This document shows positions 55,028-64,000 of a DNA stretch of 64,000 nt, piece after piece. Position 1 is the stretch's first letter. Every line of letters begins with the position of its first letter. This stretch comes from Candidatus Nomurabacteria bacterium. Its GTDB lineage: Bacteria > Patescibacteriota > Saccharimonadia > JAGOAT01. The DNA lies in contig JACKGM010000002.1 of assembly GCA_020639315.1 (NCBI GenBank), positions 286,321-350,320 of the forward strand. The letters run 5' to 3'. The translations under genes were made by a program, and so were the position numbers. The notes under the pieces were generated by a model that worked only from the letters and a program-made list of their open reading frames with translations, ran no database searches and was not told where the DNA came from.

Positions 55028-55876
55028 CTAAAGCTTTTCAAAGAAGAAATTGTTGGTCTCCAGCCAACCCTCTAGATTGCCACAATCTAGGTGCTTACCC
55101 TGACTGATATATGGTATCAATTTTTTGTCTTTTGCAAATTGGAGCATTGGTATAGTAAAAAAGTATTCTCCTTGCTCGGTCTTATTTTCAGCAAGCTGTT
55201 CACTGGTATATTCAAAGATTCGATCGTCAAAGATATACCGCCCAAGATTGATCAGATTGGAAGGAGCCTGACCTGACTCTGGCTTCTCTACTACCTGGTC
55301 AATGTAGCTTTGACCGTCCTGCTCTCGCAAGCCAAATACACCATACCGATAGAGCTGATCATCTGGTCTTTTTTGGGTAACCACCAACCCATCTGCCTCA
55401 CTATCATAGAAATAGTCAAGCATTTCTTTGATGTCATTATTGGGATGATAAACATAATCATCACCCATGACCATCAAGAAATACTTGTTACCAATCTGAT
55501 CTCTGACTAGCTCAAAAGGAATAGAAGTACCATGAGGTGCCTCTGGCCTGACATCCTGCTCAATAAAATGCAGATTGACCGATTGGTAAAACTCTTCATA
55601 TCGAGCCAATCGGTCCAGTTTACCATGCGCCTGCAAAAAGCCATTGATCTCTGGATTTGGACTAAAGTGACGCTTAATCTGATCATTGCCCTGAGCCACA
55701 ATAATATAAATATCTTTAATCCCAGCCCCTATCATATCTTCGATAATATATTCGATTACCGGACGATTGAGTATAGGTAACATTGGCTTGGCGATAGTTT
55801 TGGTCACTGGCAAAAACCTTGAGCCATAACCTGCGGCCGCAATTACCCCCTTGGTCACTACCCTAGACTTTGCCAT
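55028..55876 (-). CDS. UTP-glucose-1-phosphate uridylyltransferase-like sugar nucleotidyltransferase
   Basis: GVIAAAGYGSRFLPVTKTIAKPMLPILNRPVIEY, the GalU-type N-terminal motif. Confidence 0.8.
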   Translation of the reverse strand: MAKSRVVTKGVIAAAGYGSRFLPVTKTIAKPMLPILNRPVIEYIIEDMIGAGIKDIYIIVAQGNDQIKRHFSPNPEINGFLQAHGKLDRLARYEEFYQSVNLHFIEQDVRPEAPHGTSIPFELVRDQIGNKYFLMVMGDDYVYHPNNDIKEMLDYFYDSEADGLVVTQKRPDDQLYRYGVFGLREQDGQSYIDQVVEKPESGQAPSNLINLGRYIFDDRIFEYTSEQLAENKTEQGEYFFTIPMLQFAKDKKLIPYISQGKHLDCGNLEGWLETNNFFFEKL

Positions 55877-56156
55877 TGTCTACCTCTAGGCTAGCTGGTT
55901 GCCAGCGTTGCAATTTTGGAATTTTTTTGACCATTTGCCTAGCGACGAAACGCGGGAAGCGCATCTCGACTAGCTTCTGTTCGACTATAGCTTGCATCTC
56001 CTGACAATTACAATTTCGAGTAAATTGACCTTCCCGATAGCAGTACTTGCAGTATTGATCGACTAGCACACCGCCTTGATCTGTACCCCAATTGGCCATC
56101 TGCTTATCTAGTGGCATCCCACAGCTTTGACAAAATTTCTTATTTCTAAAAATCAT
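55863..56156 (-). CDS. zinc-ribbon domain protein
   Basis: CQSCGMPL...YCKYCY, a two CxxC pattern. Overlaps the downstream gene by 14 nt. Confidence 0.55.
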   Translation of the reverse strand: MIFRNKKFCQSCGMPLDKQMANWGTDQGGVLVDQYCKYCYREGQFTRNCNCQEMQAIVEQKLVEMRFPRFVARQMVKKIPKLQRWQPASLEVDNGKV

Positions 56157-56204
56157 TTTTCACTATTACCTTTCTTGTAAAATAACCCCTTAACTATTTA
56201 GCCC

Positions 56205-56489
56205 TTAGCTTTCCAGATAAATTTTATCAATATTTTTCGCCAATTCATAATCTTTGTCGGTTAGTCCCCCCTCAGAGTGAGTAATAGTGCTGACTCCTAG
56301 CTCCGAGTAATTGATTACTAGTCTAGGGTGATGCCCCATCAGCTCAGCCAACTCGGCGATCTCGACACTGATACGAATAGAATCGACAAAATTCTTAGTC
56401 TGATAATGCTTGACTAGCCCGAGATGTTTATCAATCGTCCACCCCTCAGGCAACTGTCGCTTTTCTGTCTGCTTGCTTTTTCTAATCAT
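56205..56489 (-). CDS. pterin-4a-carbinolamine dehydratase
   Basis: GHHPRLVINYSELGVSTITHSEGGLTDKDYELAKNID matches the PCD signature. Confidence 0.85.
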   Translation of the reverse strand: MIRKSKQTEKRQLPEGWTIDKHLGLVKHYQTKNFVDSIRISVEIAELAELMGHHPRLVINYSELGVSTITHSEGGLTDKDYELAKNIDKIYLES

Positions 56490-56505
56490 AATGATGATTA
56501 TACCA

Positions 56506-56570
56506 CTTCGGGGTCAGACCCCGTCAATTTATATCTGTTAGCAACCCCTGGTTCGGGGTCAGACCCCGTC
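56506..56570. repeat. REPIN-like doublet R8 (reverse orientation)
   Basis: CTTCGGGGTCAGACCCCGTC...TTTATATCTGTT...TTCGGGGTCAGACCCCGTCAG. Confidence 0.85.
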
Positions 56571-56661
56571 AGTACCTGAGAATGATTTGAGCTTATGCTT
56601 GCAAGTAATAACCAACAGTGATATATAAATGATTAAGACTATTATGAGCTAAGGGGTACAT

Positions 56662-58497
56662 ATGAATAATCCTAACCGATCAAGAGGTGATAGACGGAAC
56701 AAAAGACGCCCGACTAGGCTAACTTTGGCTATAGTAGTTAGTATCATGGGGCTATTTCCCACAAACGCTACAGCTAACGAACCTGCAAAAGCTCCAGTCA
56801 GTGTAGAAATAAAGACTCCAACCAGTAATGCAATTGGCTTCGGTCCCGAAGGTGGTGCTATTACTCCTCTACCAAATGTTGGCATCACTAACCCAGAACT
56901 AGTCCGACCACAAATTGCTAACCTGTATCCAAATACCAATCACGCGATCGAGGCAATCACCCAAGGTCAACCTTTGCCAGGGACTGTAGATGTAGCAATC
57001 CAATTTGAAGGCAAGGTTGACCTGGAGTCTACCGAAGACAACATCTTGATCATCAACCTCACTACTGGCGAGGTTGAACCAGGAGACCCCAGACTCAGTC
57101 TCTTCGACTCTGGTGATCCAGATCAAGATGACGCCAAGAGCAATACTATTCTGGTCTCCAGAGCTGGTAGATTATATGAACCAAATACTCAGTATCTAGT
57201 AGTAGTATTCAAAGGGGTTAAGGACACCAATGGCAAGCTTTTTAAGCCGAGCAATAATGTCACTCAAGCTCTCGACCCAGAATTTGGAAGTGGTTCCTTA
57301 AGAGAGTATGGCAATACAGTACTTGGTCAACTAGATGCACGCGGGATTAAACCTAGCGATGTCCTAGCCTTCACCAGCTTTGAGACCTCAGACTACGAAA
57401 ATCAAGCCCGAGTGCAATTCTCTACCATGGCAGATGTTGTCAAAGCCCACTCACCGGAAACCAAGATTAGCAGTGTCGAAAGACCAAACCACCCAGGCCA
57501 TCCTGGTGCCATTCGAGTCAGAGGTACTTTTAGCTCCCCCCAGTTTGAAACTCTTAGTTTTGGAGCCAACAATTTCAACAACTCCCCCGAAGCAATCCCA
57601 TTCATCCTAGATCTACCCAGCCCCCAGGTAGCATCTAGCCAAGGTGTTGACATCCAGAATACCCCGATAGTGGTCCTAGCACCTGGTGTTGGTACAGGCA
57701 AAGAGCTAGCCTTTAGCTATAGCACTGTCTTACTACCGATGGGCATTGCTACCCTGAGCATTGATCCTGCTTATCACGGAGAGCGCGGTAGCTTAACTGA
57801 TCTAATCAAGCCCGACACAGCCTACAAAATCTCTCAGATCCTTGCTGGATATGGTCTCGACCTAATCGGTGCTGAAAATGCGATCTTATCTGGCAAAGTC
57901 AACCAGGCACTCGCAGAAAATGGAATAAGTATGCGACTCACTAATGACCCAACCAAAGTTGGGCTGGCTGGGATCTCGCTTGGTTCGCAGGCAGCTGGAA
58001 TTGCTACAGAATATCGCCTTGGCACTGGTCCTGTCCTATCAGGCGTCAGTGGTGCTGGAGCTGTCGATACTATTGCCAGAGTCGATAATCCTCTAGGTGT
58101 GGCATTTTACGGGCTGCTTCCATCTGATATTACCTCGACTGAAGCAATGGTAGCAATTCAATCCCTGATGTATTTACAGTCCCTCAGGGCAGATGCTTTG
58201 GCCGATCCAAACTCAGACCAAACGGTTCACCACATAGTGTCTCCCCAGGATACAACGGTCAATTATGCTACCTTTGTTCGGCTGGCAATTGAGCAAGGGT
58301 TTGACCCAGCTCAAGGTTGGTCTAGGGGCGAAGCTGGTACTTATATTGGGAAGCGAGGTACTATTATGGTCATCGATATGCCAAACATAGTTATTATTGG
58401 CAGAAGACCTGGAGGCTTGGTTGGGCATATGGCGTTTAATACCCAATATGCAAGGAATACTATTTGGCAAGTGTATAACCCACTCCGACAGTCTTAA
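56662..58497 (+). CDS. secreted protein, possible alpha/beta hydrolase
   Basis: Basic N-terminus plus a hydrophobic signal (RRNKRRPTRLTLAIVVSIMGLFPTNATA). GISLGS (GxSxG) at ~aa 430. Confidence 0.4.
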   Translation: MNNPNRSRGDRRNKRRPTRLTLAIVVSIMGLFPTNATANEPAKAPVSVEIKTPTSNAIGFGPEGGAITPLPNVGITNPELVRPQIANLYPNTNHAIEAITQGQPLPGTVDVAIQFEGKVDLESTEDNILIINLTTGEVEPGDPRLSLFDSGDPDQDDAKSNTILVSRAGRLYEPNTQYLVVVFKGVKDTNGKLFKPSNNVTQALDPEFGSGSLREYGNTVLGQLDARGIKPSDVLAFTSFETSDYENQARVQFSTMADVVKAHSPETKISSVERPNHPGHPGAIRVRGTFSSPQFETLSFGANNFNNSPEAIPFILDLPSPQVASSQGVDIQNTPIVVLAPGVGTGKELAFSYSTVLLPMGIATLSIDPAYHGERGSLTDLIKPDTAYKISQILAGYGLDLIGAENAILSGKVNQALAENGISMRLTNDPTKVGLAGISLGSQAAGIATEYRLGTGPVLSGVSGAGAVDTIARVDNPLGVAFYGLLPSDITSTEAMVAIQSLMYLQSLRADALADPNSDQTVHHIVSPQDTTVNYATFVRLAIEQGFDPAQGWSRGEAGTYIGKRGTIMVIDMPNIVIIGRRPGGLVGHMAFNTQYARNTIWQVYNPLRQS

Positions 58498-58526
58498 CCT
58501 CTTCCTGTCACAGATTTATCTTCCAG

Positions 58527-58652
58527 TCACCAAACCAAATTTCCATCACTTCTCCTCTGTCATCTTCCAAATTTACTTCCTCCTATCGCATCACCAAGCC
58601 AAATTTCCGTACCCTCTCACGTCACCAAGCCAAATTTCCGTACCCTCTCACG
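58527..58652. repeat. tandem array of ~31-bp units (2 identical, 2-3 degenerate)
   Basis: TCACCAAGCCAAATTTCCGTACCCTCTCACG occurs at 58591-58621 and 58622-58652. Degenerate units lie at 58527, 58560 and 58653. Confidence 0.7.
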
Positions 58653-58655
58653 TCA

Positions 58656-58688
58656 TCTCCCATAATTTCCGTAGGAAATTATGGGAGA
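58656..58688 (+). terminator. 15-bp-stem hairpin TCTCCCATAATTTCC-GTA-GGAAATTATGGGAGA
   Basis: Read directly. Lies ~160 nt downstream of the 56662-58497 stop. The following T-tract is weak. Confidence 0.35.
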
Positions 58689-58727
58689 CCCAGTATTTGA
58701 ATTGAAGTATTCAGAGAATGGCAGACC

Positions 58728-58888
58728 TATAGCAAGCTCAAAGCAAAACCGGACAATTTGAGCTGTACTATAGAGAACTAGAAAGGTAGTTCTTCTTAAG
58801 AGCCATATCCATAGATATGGTGAGTAAGAAAACTAGCTTTATAGACTCTAGAGTTGGGTCAAAAGTCTGGTTTTGGTTTTAACTTGCT
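58728..58888. mobile_element. MITE-A copy
   Basis: Near-identical to 9673-9836. Confidence 0.8.
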
Positions 58889-58940
58889 ATGGGATCAAGA
58901 ATTTATTTGCGACACAAGACAAAGTGTTAGTTCAATAAAA

Positions 58941-59030
58941 TGGCGGAGAGGGTGGGATTCGAACCCACGAGACGGTTTCCCGCCCGCTGGTTTTCAAGAC
59001 CAGTACCTTCAACCACTCGGTCACCTCTCC
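58941..59030 (-). tRNA. tRNA-Ser (anticodon TGA), long variable arm, CCA encoded
   Basis: Reverse complement reads GGAGAGGTGACCGAGTGG...CTGGT-CTTGAAA-ACCAG...GGTTCGAATCCCAC-CCTCTCC-G-CCA. Confidence 0.95.
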
Positions 59031-59051
59031 AGCAGGTAAGATTATACCACA

Positions 59052-60848
59052 CTAATCCCCCAAAAAATCCCCGACCTGATGACTCCAAAGCTCTGCGTAT
59101 TTGCCCTGACTAGCAATCAGCTGATCATGACTACCTTCCTCGACAATCTTGCCTGAGTCAATATAAATAATTCGATCCATCTGCTTGATAGTACTCAGTC
59201 TATGAGCGACTACCACGGTAGTCCGATTTTGCATCAAATTGCCCAAAGACTCCGAAATATACTTCTCACTCCTACTATCGAGGGCTGAAGTCGCCTCATC
59301 AAGTAGCAAAATCGGTGAGTTGACTAACATTGCTCGAGCAATCGCCACCCTCTGCCTTTGACCACCGGATAGTTTGAGCCCTCTTTCTCCGACCATTGAA
59401 TCATAGCCATGCGTGAAACTACGGATGAATTTATCAGCGTGGGCCAATCTAGCTACCTCTATCACCTGCTGGTCACTCGCTTCCCGGTTGCCATACCGAA
59501 TATTATCTTTTAGGCTGCGATGAAAAAGTGAGGTATCTTGGGGGACATAGGCAATACTTCGCCTGAAATACTCTTGCTGATAATCCCGAACATCTATCCC
59601 ATCGACCTCTATGGTCCCCGAGTCAATGTCATAAAACCTCTGAATCAATTTGATAATCGTACTCTTGCCCCCTCCACTCGGCCCAACTAGCCCAACTCTT
59701 TAACCCGGCTCAATTTGCAGACTAAAGCCCTCAAAGACCGAGCTCTGCTCATTGGCATAACCAAACCCCACCTGCTTAAACTCGATCCTACCGAGAGTAA
59801 CCCCTTTGCCAACCGCACTAGTCTTGTCCAGTATATCAGGAATGGTATCAATGATTTCAAGCATTTCCCAAGATTCATGCAGAGCTTGCTCAATTCCTTC
59901 TATCAACTTCCCTAGATCCCACAGATCAGAAAATACTCTTCTGAAATAAAACTGCATCAGGATTGCCATACCTAGAGTCAAGCTACCTCTAGCTACTGCT
60001 ACGATAGTCAGGTACAAAGTAAGAGTCTCAAATATCGAGATCCCTATCACCTGAACAAATCGTAGCAAATTACTCCTCTTCCAGTACCCTAGATAAGCAG
60101 TTAGTTGAGCTTGGACCACAGTAGCAAACCTTCTCTCCTCATATTCACTACTACCAAAAGCCTTGATCGTAATTCCATTGCTCAGATTGTCTGACAAAAT
60201 ACCAGTGACAAGCGTATCTTCCCTGGTTGCTCGATCAGCATAGTCAGAACTACGCCTATATAGATAGATCATCACGACTGAAAAAATCATAACCCATGCT
60301 ACAAATGCTAGTCCGATTGCCGGTGATGCAATTGATACAATCACTGCAGCAGCAATAATTCTTACCGACATAGTCAGAATACTAAACATAAATTCCCTAT
60401 AAATTACTCGGTAATTCTTAAAGAATCTTTTATACTTATTGACCAAAGATCCAGCAAATTGATCGGTAAAAAACTGATAGCTCTGGGAGATTAAGCTCTT
60501 AAAACTCTCTTGGGATAGTGTGTTTGAAGCCCGAACCATTAATTTATCAGAGGTGAATTCGGCAATTCTCCAGCCAAAATTTAACGTCATCGAGCTGATG
60601 AAGAGGTATATTGCCAATTGAATAAGCTGATAATATACCGGGCTCGTGCCTTGTCCTTCTAGTGACACTAGACCATCCAGTATCCTTGATATCAAGTATG
60701 GGCTTAGAGAGTACCCTATTAGTACTGATGCAGTTACCAGTGTTGCTGCTACTAAGAGTAGTTTCCAACTAGGAGCGGTATACTGCCAATATATCTTAAG
60801 TACGGCTAAATATTTGGTCTTATTGGTCGGTTTTTTTGATTTTAACAC
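59052..60848 (-). pseudogene. MsbA-like ABC exporter (fused TMD-NBD) interrupted by one in-frame TAA just before Walker A
   Basis: The TMD ORF ends ...FSLQIEPG-TAA. The next in-frame codons read RVGLVGPSGGGKSTIIKLIQRF... (Walker A), then LSGGQRQR, LLLDEATSALD and H-loop AHRL. Confidence 0.8.
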
Positions 60849-61069
60849 TAATTTCTCCTTTCTCTTGATGTATACTACTTCTTACTAAACTTAAGACCTA
60901 AGTATTTTGAGCCGTAACCCTACCTGGGCGCAGACCCAATGTTGAGTAGAATTATAGCAATAACCCTGGTATCACAACAAGTATACTCTATCCACTTCAC
61001 CTCCGTACCAAGACCATACTAGAATGCCTCAGATCATATCTACACCTTATCAATAATAACCCTGAAATA

Positions 61070-61771
61070 TCAAGTTGTGCGAGACCTCCAGGGAAGGGTA
61101 AATCTTTTACCACCTGTATGTTGTTCTGATTGCGAGATAGCACAACCAGACCCTAGCAAGGTTAGAGTATCCTTAATACTGCTTAGTCTTTCTGGAAATA
61201 TTTGCCCGAAGTCATTTATCCAATCTTCTAGCGTTTGCTCCTCACTTCGAAAAACCAAATTATCAAATATATCAATCTCGCCAATACCTATTCGCCTAGC
61301 TCCCATAAAGTCACGTTCGAATTCCTCACGGAAAACCTCAACAGCTGTATCAACAGGATTACCCTTGCCATCATAGCCAATCCTTTTATCCTCATGGGTT
61401 CTTGCAGTCGGGGGTTTCTGGTAGTAGTAGACAACCTCTATCATGCCTCCTAATCTAGACCGGACTCTAGCAACCACCCACGCCTTTACATGTAAGGTAT
61501 CTTCCCCTATATCAACGGGTTGCTCCCCTAAATCAAATAGTGTCTCCACTGGTAATTGACTATTTCTGTCATTTTGCCTATCACCCAAGATGAGTCCTTC
61601 TAATCCATCATATATTGGATTCCAACCTCCTAATTGGTCTAATACTCTGCCTACTTCCATTTTAAGCCTAGCTTGCTCATTCTGCCGTCCGATGTCACTC
61701 AAAACTTTACCCTGACTCTCTTCGAAATAATCTCCAGTTTTTTCACCAAATATTGGCACTCCCGCCGCCAT
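61070..61771 (-). CDS. hypothetical protein (~233 aa)
   Basis: ORF only. The start is tentatively placed at MAAGVPIF (61771), avoiding overlap with the upstream gene. Confidence 0.4.
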   Translation of the reverse strand: MAAGVPIFGEKTGDYFEESQGKVLSDIGRQNEQARLKMEVGRVLDQLGGWNPIYDGLEGLILGDRQNDRNSQLPVETLFDLGEQPVDIGEDTLHVKAWVVARVRSRLGGMIEVVYYYQKPPTARTHEDKRIGYDGKGNPVDTAVEVFREEFERDFMGARRIGIGEIDIFDNLVFRSEEQTLEDWINDFGQIFPERLSSIKDTLTLLGSGCAISQSEQHTGGKRFTLPWRSRTT

Positions 61772-61790
61772 AATATACCTCCTATCTGCT

Positions 61791-62084
61791 TTACAGCTTA
61801 TAAACAAACTTCTGTGAGCTACTAGGCTCCTTGTCTGTTCGATGGATACATCCAGCCCAGCAACATGGTCGACGCTTGCCTTCCTCTAGCTCCTCGATTG
61901 ACCTTCTGACCCTTCTAGCCCTAGTCTGCTCCTGCTTGGCATTTTCTACCCAACAAATAAACTCATTCCTTGCCAGAGGTGTCAAACCTTGCCAAATATC
62001 TATGACTGCACTCTGATCCAGTGCCTTAGCCAAATCCTCAGGCATCTGATGAACTACTCCTCCGGATAGACTTGATTGTTTCAT
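61791..62084 (-). CDS. YdeI/OmdA-family protein
   Basis: MPEDLAKALD...WQGLTPLARNEFICWVENAKQEQTRARRVRRSIEEL. The start is at ATG 62084, with TATAAT 6 nt upstream. Confidence 0.65.
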   Translation of the reverse strand: MKQSSLSGGVVHQMPEDLAKALDQSAVIDIWQGLTPLARNEFICWVENAKQEQTRARRVRRSIEELEEGKRRPCCWAGCIHRTDKEPSSSQKFVYKL

Positions 62085-62281
62085 AATCTGATTATAGCAG
62101 AATCTAATCCTCGCCTTCAATAACCGTAGTACCATCCGAAATGCGACTAACAGTACATCTCTGCTATCTTAATTCTAGTATTATCCTAGTTACTTACAGG
62201 TTAGAAAAGTATGGGTGAGTCAAATTCTCAAGTCGCTTATTTTGTTCTGGGGTAAAATATTGGTTGTTAGTAACTACTATT

Positions 62282-63451
62282 TTAGGCATTTCTAAACCTA
62301 CTAAAACTAAACTTGCTAACATCAATATCACTCTTACCCGTTTTTGCTAGTTGCGATAGTGTCTCGCCGATGGCAGCAGAGTGCTTAAAGCCGTGCCCAG
62401 AACAAGGCGATGCTATGATTACATTTTTATGTTTGGGGTGAAAATCAATCACAAACTTAGCATCAGGAGTGTCTGTGTACATACACGTCACAGCCTTGAT
62501 ACATTTGCTAGTAAGGTGCGGAAACTGCTCTTTAACGTAATGGTCGTAGACAGATTGTATCTCTTCCGACGTAACTTCCCTCTCGATGTCATCTGGTGAT
62601 GTATCTGTGTCATAAGTCTCAGTAGCTAACTTGATGCCACCTTGAGGCCCGTCAACTGCTGGGAATCCATAAAAATTGTCGTACCTCTGATTACTAAATT
62701 CCCAGACGAAGATAGGCATCTCACGAAACGCTTCGTAATTTTTCTCGTCATCAATATCAAACCAATAAAGCACTTGGCGGTGGATTTTGAATATATCCCT
62801 ATACTTAGGTAAGAAGTCAGTGACCCACGGTCCAGCAGAGATAATGAGCTTATCAGCTTTATATCTACCTCTATCAGTTGCTATAGTCACAGAACTGTTG
62901 TCAGCCGTAAATCCTTTGACTTTTTCATTTAGGTTGAGTGTAGCTCCGTATTTTTTAGCAAGCTCTAACTGTACCTCAATGCACCTTTCAGGACGCACAT
63001 AACCCGCTTCGGGTTCATAGTAACCTCTCTCGTCACTCCTGATATTGAATAAGGGGAAGCGTTGCTTAATCTCTAAATTGGTTAGCTTCTCATGCTTAAT
63101 GCCGTATTTATCAGCAGCATCATACGTATTTTGCAAAAAGTCACTGCTCTTGTGTTGCCCGTAACCATCCGAAACGGTCATTATTAAACCACCGCATTGA
63201 TTTAGTAGCTCTTTTCCTGTTTCTTTCTCAATCTCATACCAAATCTCATGTGAACGTCGAACGAGAGGAACATATTCCATTCCTTCGCCGATTGCCAATC
63301 GTGTAATCCTTGTGTTGCCGTGTGTAGAGCCTAATTTATGCGGTGGAGCAAACTGGTCAATACCTAAAACGTTCACGCCAGACTTTGCTAATTGATAGAC
63401 GGTAGCACTCCCCATTGCTCCAAGTCCGACAACGATTACGTCATATCTCAT
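62282..63451 (-). CDS. FAD-dependent sarcosine/N-methyltryptophan oxidase-like oxidoreductase
   Basis: YDVIVVGLGAMGSATVYQLA (dinucleotide-binding site) and ASPCSGHGFKH (the covalent-FAD Cys region of MSOX/SolA). Confidence 0.8.
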   Translation of the reverse strand: MRYDVIVVGLGAMGSATVYQLAKSGVNVLGIDQFAPPHKLGSTHGNTRITRLAIGEGMEYVPLVRRSHEIWYEIEKETGKELLNQCGGLIMTVSDGYGQHKSSDFLQNTYDAADKYGIKHEKLTNLEIKQRFPLFNIRSDERGYYEPEAGYVRPERCIEVQLELAKKYGATLNLNEKVKGFTADNSSVTIATDRGRYKADKLIISAGPWVTDFLPKYRDIFKIHRQVLYWFDIDDEKNYEAFREMPIFVWEFSNQRYDNFYGFPAVDGPQGGIKLATETYDTDTSPDDIEREVTSEEIQSVYDHYVKEQFPHLTSKCIKAVTCMYTDTPDAKFVIDFHPKHKNVIIASPCSGHGFKHSAAIGETLSQLAKTGKSDIDVSKFSFSRFRNA

Positions 63452-63664
63452 GCTCCTTATTATAACAGAGCAAAGCAGCAGAGACTGTCAACTCTATTAG
63501 ACTTGTTCCCCAATAAGGTTTCTGGCACCATATAGCAAGTTAAAAACAAAATCAGATTTCTAGATTCTAGCAAACATTAGGGCTATTTGATTAGTCTAAT
63601 ATGGTTACTCTGGGTGGTGAGTAAATATGAAATCTAATATGCAAAAATGCTTTTTAGCGATCTG

Positions 63665-64000
63665 TCAAAAGATGGTTCTATAGAATGTATTATATTGACC
63701 TGACGCGGAAGCTACAAAATCTATTGTGCAATTCCTTTTGTTAGGAACGAAACCACCATTAGTGATTATTCCTATTGCGACCGCTCTCATATACCCTGGG
63801 TCAATTAAAACCGTATTCTCTGGTAAAGCAATTTGGCCCTCCAAAGAATTAATGAATGAATTGGTGGGACGATTTGGATCTTTATTATCTATAAAGCTAA
63901 CCATCCTTGCGGCCCATTCTGGTATTTCATAAAATGAATCTCCCTGAGATAGGCAATAATAATTACCCTTAATTTTTTCAACATCTTTTTTCGATAAATC
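63665..64000 (-). CDS. hypothetical protein, 5'-truncated by the window edge
   Basis: The track lists 63665-63904. Hand translation shows the frame stays open to base 64000 (…DLSKKDVEKIKGNYYCLSQGDSFYEIPEWAARMVSF…). Confidence 0.4.
   Translation of the reverse strand, partial: DLSKKDVEKIKGNYYCLSQGDSFYEIPEWAARMVSFIDNKDPNRPTNSFINSLEGQIALPENTVLIDPGYMRAVAIGIITNGGFVPNKRNCTIDFVASASGQYNTFYRTIF

Noticed and set aside
56649-58705. Antisense and out-of-frame ORFs (56649-56939, 57402-57701, 57834-58025, 58213-58470, 58397-58705)
   Set aside because: They are embedded in or antisense to the 611-aa secreted-protein ORF, or they span the tandem repeat array. No motifs or start signals were seen.
59700-59702. 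In-frame TAA in the ABC exporter as evidence for an alternative genetic code or programmed readthrough
   Set aside because: It is a single instance. I saw no other in-frame stop in the conserved genes I translated, and long ORFs elsewhere behave normally under code 11. A nonsense mutation or sequencing error is more parsimonious.

Overview
64-kb chromosomal window from a low-GC, gene-dense bacterium. By inference only, it looks like a CPR/Patescibacteria (Saccharibacteria-like) episymbiont. The evidence is Gram-positive-style LPXTG giant surface proteins, a minimal housekeeping set and many small hypothetical genes. Housekeeping content: trpS, tyrS, aspS, rmuC, msrA/msrB, a galU-like gene, a P1B-ATPase, a ZIP transporter, and tRNA-Trp, tRNA-Asn and tRNA-Ser.

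The main feature is a dense, layered set of small mobile or repeat elements:
1. A RAYT-like HUH/Y1 transposase (12329-12979) sits among its own REPIN-like palindromic doublets. There are 8 copies in the window, all sharing an invariant AACAGATATAAA spacer motif.
2. MITE-A is a ~164-185-bp long-palindrome element whose ends resemble local promoters.
3. MITE-B is a 161-bp element with 17-bp perfect TIRs and 3-bp TSDs. One copy is nested inside a MITE-A copy, and an uninterrupted 'empty site' copy lies elsewhere in the window.
4. MITE-C has one copy inserted in-frame inside a CDS, in the manner of Rickettsia palindromic elements.
5. An IS30-family IS splits a DUF1801 gene.

Other notable points:
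- A 2.2-kb ORF-free gap (8.1-10.3 kb) holds many strong hairpins and a candidate ~1.1-kb minus-strand ncRNA bounded by a promoter-like site and an intrinsic terminator.
- A terminator-containing leader precedes an 843-aa membrane protein gene.
- Tandem integrase-less islands at tRNA-Asn are marked by repeated tRNA 3' ends. They carry a 10-gene translationally coupled operon of mixed enzymes.
- An ABC exporter is interrupted by a single in-frame TAA.
- TATAAT boxes lie 6-8 nt upstream of many start codons, predicting leaderless mRNAs.

All calls rest on reading translations and motifs by eye. No database search was run.
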